This document shows positions 61,437 through 64,000 of a DNA stretch of 64,000 nucleotides, piece by piece (the first letter of the stretch is position 1; each line of letters begins with the position of its first letter). The DNA is from Marsupella aquatica (Eukaryota; Plantae; Marchantiophyta): positions 11,213,675 through 11,277,674 of the forward strand of contig OZ316899.1 of assembly GCA_973895155.1 (NCBI GenBank), written 5' to 3'. The position numbers were made by a program, and so were the translations under genes. The notes under the pieces are model-generated. The model was not told the origin of the DNA. It saw only the letters and a program-made list of their open reading frames with translations, and did not search any database.

Positions 61437-63578
61437 TCAACCCATGCCTTGCTCACCACCACACACCCCCCGGTTTTTAGACGGGTTTATCTAGAGTCTT
61501 TGTGCAGACACCCTCAACTCTGAAGACACACAAATACCCCATAATTGTCCACTAACTGAAAAACAGCAACCGTACACCTTAAACCTAAGCCATCCATCGA
61601 CAAAAGATTAAAGCGTTTGTAGTGTCAACTATGCCAATAAGGTCAGTTACCTCCAACATCGGCATCAGTAGGAGACACACAACACCACACACCGACTTGG
61701 GTGCTCAGGTACCACCTGAAAATAACCCACCAATTATCCTTGGCTGTTGTTCATGAATGCACAGTAGATGCAAGATAGTGCTTATAAGCTCAATTATGGA
61801 TCGACTATGTTAGTGAAATGCTGTGAGATGAATTTCAAGGACAAAAAATGGGAGGCAATTGGTATTTGACAACAAGTTGGAGATGAGTTTAGAGAATTGC
61901 AAACCCCACGTGTGTTATGTGGCCCTACAACAAAGCGAATGACTGATGAGTTGGCATTGGAGAAAATGGAGCTAGACGTACCAACGGGTGAAGGAGCAAG
62001 AGTTGATCACCATTTGGCTAGTTGCGACAGAAAAAGGGGACATTGCAACCGCCATGGGAGAAAGGGAGAGCATGGCAAGGATGGAGATGTTGGAGTAGGA
62101 ACAAAAGTTCCATCAGGATGAAAATCTGGACAAAGGACTCCACGGGCAGTTGGAGGAGAAGAGTGCTTACATTTAATTATCGCGCTCACGGAGAGTGCAG
62201 AGAGGAGAGATAAAGAAAGGGAGAAGTGATTGAGGGAAGTACATAGCTAGGAAAGAGCTGGTCCGGTAATATGATTAAATTAATACGTTTGGTACAGAGC
62301 TTGGGATATTCCAAGTACATGAGTTAACTAAGGGAGGAGGCTGCCATTGCAGCCAAGATACTAGCAGAAGCATTGGAAGAGCCGATCAACATAAGCAAAG
62401 AAAGTCCAACTGGTGAGCATCTATTCCCGGTAGGGCTTGTTCAATCAGTCCAACGGGTGGGCATTTGGACGATGATCAATTGGAGCAGATGAGGCAATGG
62501 GGCTGGAGAGTCTACACATCATTATGTCGGGTGCAGGAATTAACAACACACACGCCATTTGACCAAAAAACCTTGACCAGGTTATGTACGTAATGACATT
62601 GCGGCACGACATGTACGTGGTCTTCAGTCCTTTCATTTTTACACCACCCACATATATCACAGTATCCTGCAGTGGGTGGATGAGTTTTGTACATCTACCA
62701 GTCCTCCCCCCACGCTAAATAGTCATGTGCTTGGGAGTATTTTGGCAATTGAAAAGGGATCAATCCTACCACTGGCTGTAGCCTGCCATGGATTGAAGAG
62801 CTCACGCAAACCAATAAGTTCCCCTACAATCCGGAGGATGTAGAAAATTATGTGTGGGAGAAGATTGAGAGCGTTCAGGGAGGTCGTGACTTTGACATGC
62901 CGACAATGTAGTTAGATGGTTATAAGCTAGTGTACAAAATTTTAGAGTGTTGGGAAGTATTTTGGCTCAACTTGCTAGTGTCACACCATTCTAGGTAGTG
63001 TTGGAGTATCTCGTACTATCTAGATCCGTATGTTTGGTATGTGTGCTATATGAGCCGATAAGGTTCCATTAGGTTTGTGTGAGAGGGTACTTCTCTCTTG
63101 TGAGGCATTGAAAGGTCATCTTTCAATGTTGAGCCTTGGAGAGAGAGGAGCTTGAGTGTGGCTATGGTGGCTGTGAGCTCCGCTTGTGTAACGTGGATTC
63201 CTTGAGTAGTGCAAGGTGCGTTGGCTTGACATACGTGTGTGATCGGATTGGTGCGGGATCGATGGGGTATTGTTGACCGGGATCGTTGTGCCGATTGTAT
63301 TGAGATTACATTGAAAGATCACATTTGAAATCTGTTGTACGGACTGTGCGGACAGAAGTTCGATTGATTGAGTTGTCGAATGTTCGTGGTAGCTCGGATC
63401 GTGTGTTGTTATCGAACAGATCGTTGGTATCTTGACCTGTATCATTGTTGTCCGATCGGCCTGCTTCCCGATCGATGTACAGATCTGTGATTGGTGACAG
63501 GTTTTGAGTTGGAGGTCGATTGATGATTTGTGGAGGAAAGCAAATGTTGAGTAGATGTTGGACAGTGGAAGCCGATCC

Positions 63579-63668
63579 GTGAGGCTTCAGATCCGATTGC
63601 CGGCTACTGTGAGGCTTCAGATCTGATTGTCGGCTACTATGGGGCTTCAGATTTGATTGCCGGCTATT
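63579..63668. repeat. 30-bp tandem repeat, three copies (GTGAGGCTTCAGATCCGATTGCCGGCTACT)
   Basis: Three adjacent near-identical units; would encode SRQSDLKPHS on the minus strand. Confidence 0.85.
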
Positions 63669-64000
63669 GTTGGACGATGTTGGCAAGGCGCAGGTGAAGC
63701 GACGGCTCTTTTCCTGAAGGAACGGAGCTGCCAATTCTGTGGAGGCCTAGAAATTCTGTGCGGGGGTATCATCATTTCAGTGAAAGAAACGAGGGTCAAA
63801 GGTGTTGAATCAAGCTGCTGCCAATTCTGTGGAAGGGCTGCGTTTTTCATGAAGGAAATCGACAGTTTTTGGGAGCTTTTCGTGAAGGAAGTAGTCGTTT
63901 TTGGGGTCAGGTGTGAGGCCCACGAGGTCACCCATCCCGAAAGTGCTCCCAACCGCGAGCGCAAAGTCACCCATCGCGAGCGCAGGCAGGCGCGAGGTCG

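Noticed and set aside
61440-64000. Possible retroelement or gene in the last 2.5 kb
   Set aside because: Only short ORFs without recognisable motifs and no boundaries inside the window; just the 30-bp repeat is supportable.

Overview
Eukaryotic, land-plant-type sequence (plant EF1-alpha retrocopy, plant TE lineages, GT-AG introns; a non-seed plant is my guess). The window is almost entirely nested transposable elements. (1) 1-17857: right-hand part of a large CACTA/En-Spm DNA transposon (right TIR ends 17857, left end outside the window). It carries a TnpD transposase, a divergently oriented TnpA-like gene, a SET-domain gene that appears to share its first exon with the transposase, and apparently an EDM2/NSD-type multi-PHD-finger gene. 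A young Ty1/copia (Bianca-like) element sits in the TnpA intron (3372-9164). (2) Two full-length non-chromovirus Ty3/gypsy elements (18457-31417, degenerate; 31735-45254, young) and a solo LTR of a third related family (59471-61436). Their 1.5-2 kb LTRs contain three protein-coding ORFs conserved across the three families, one resembling the RPA70 C-terminal Zn/OB-fold. Two more conserved ORFs lie in the leader, and gag-pol runs in one frame into a ~1100-aa extension. (3) A second Bianca-like copia (50871-56301), a non-autonomous CACTA (57384-58947), an unrelated solo LTR (26655-27827) and a 5'-truncated EF1-alpha processed pseudogene. The two best candidates for an undescribed system are the CACTA element with a chromatin reader plus writer, and the gypsy lineage with protein-coding LTRs. 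All domain calls are by-eye motif recognition, not database searches.
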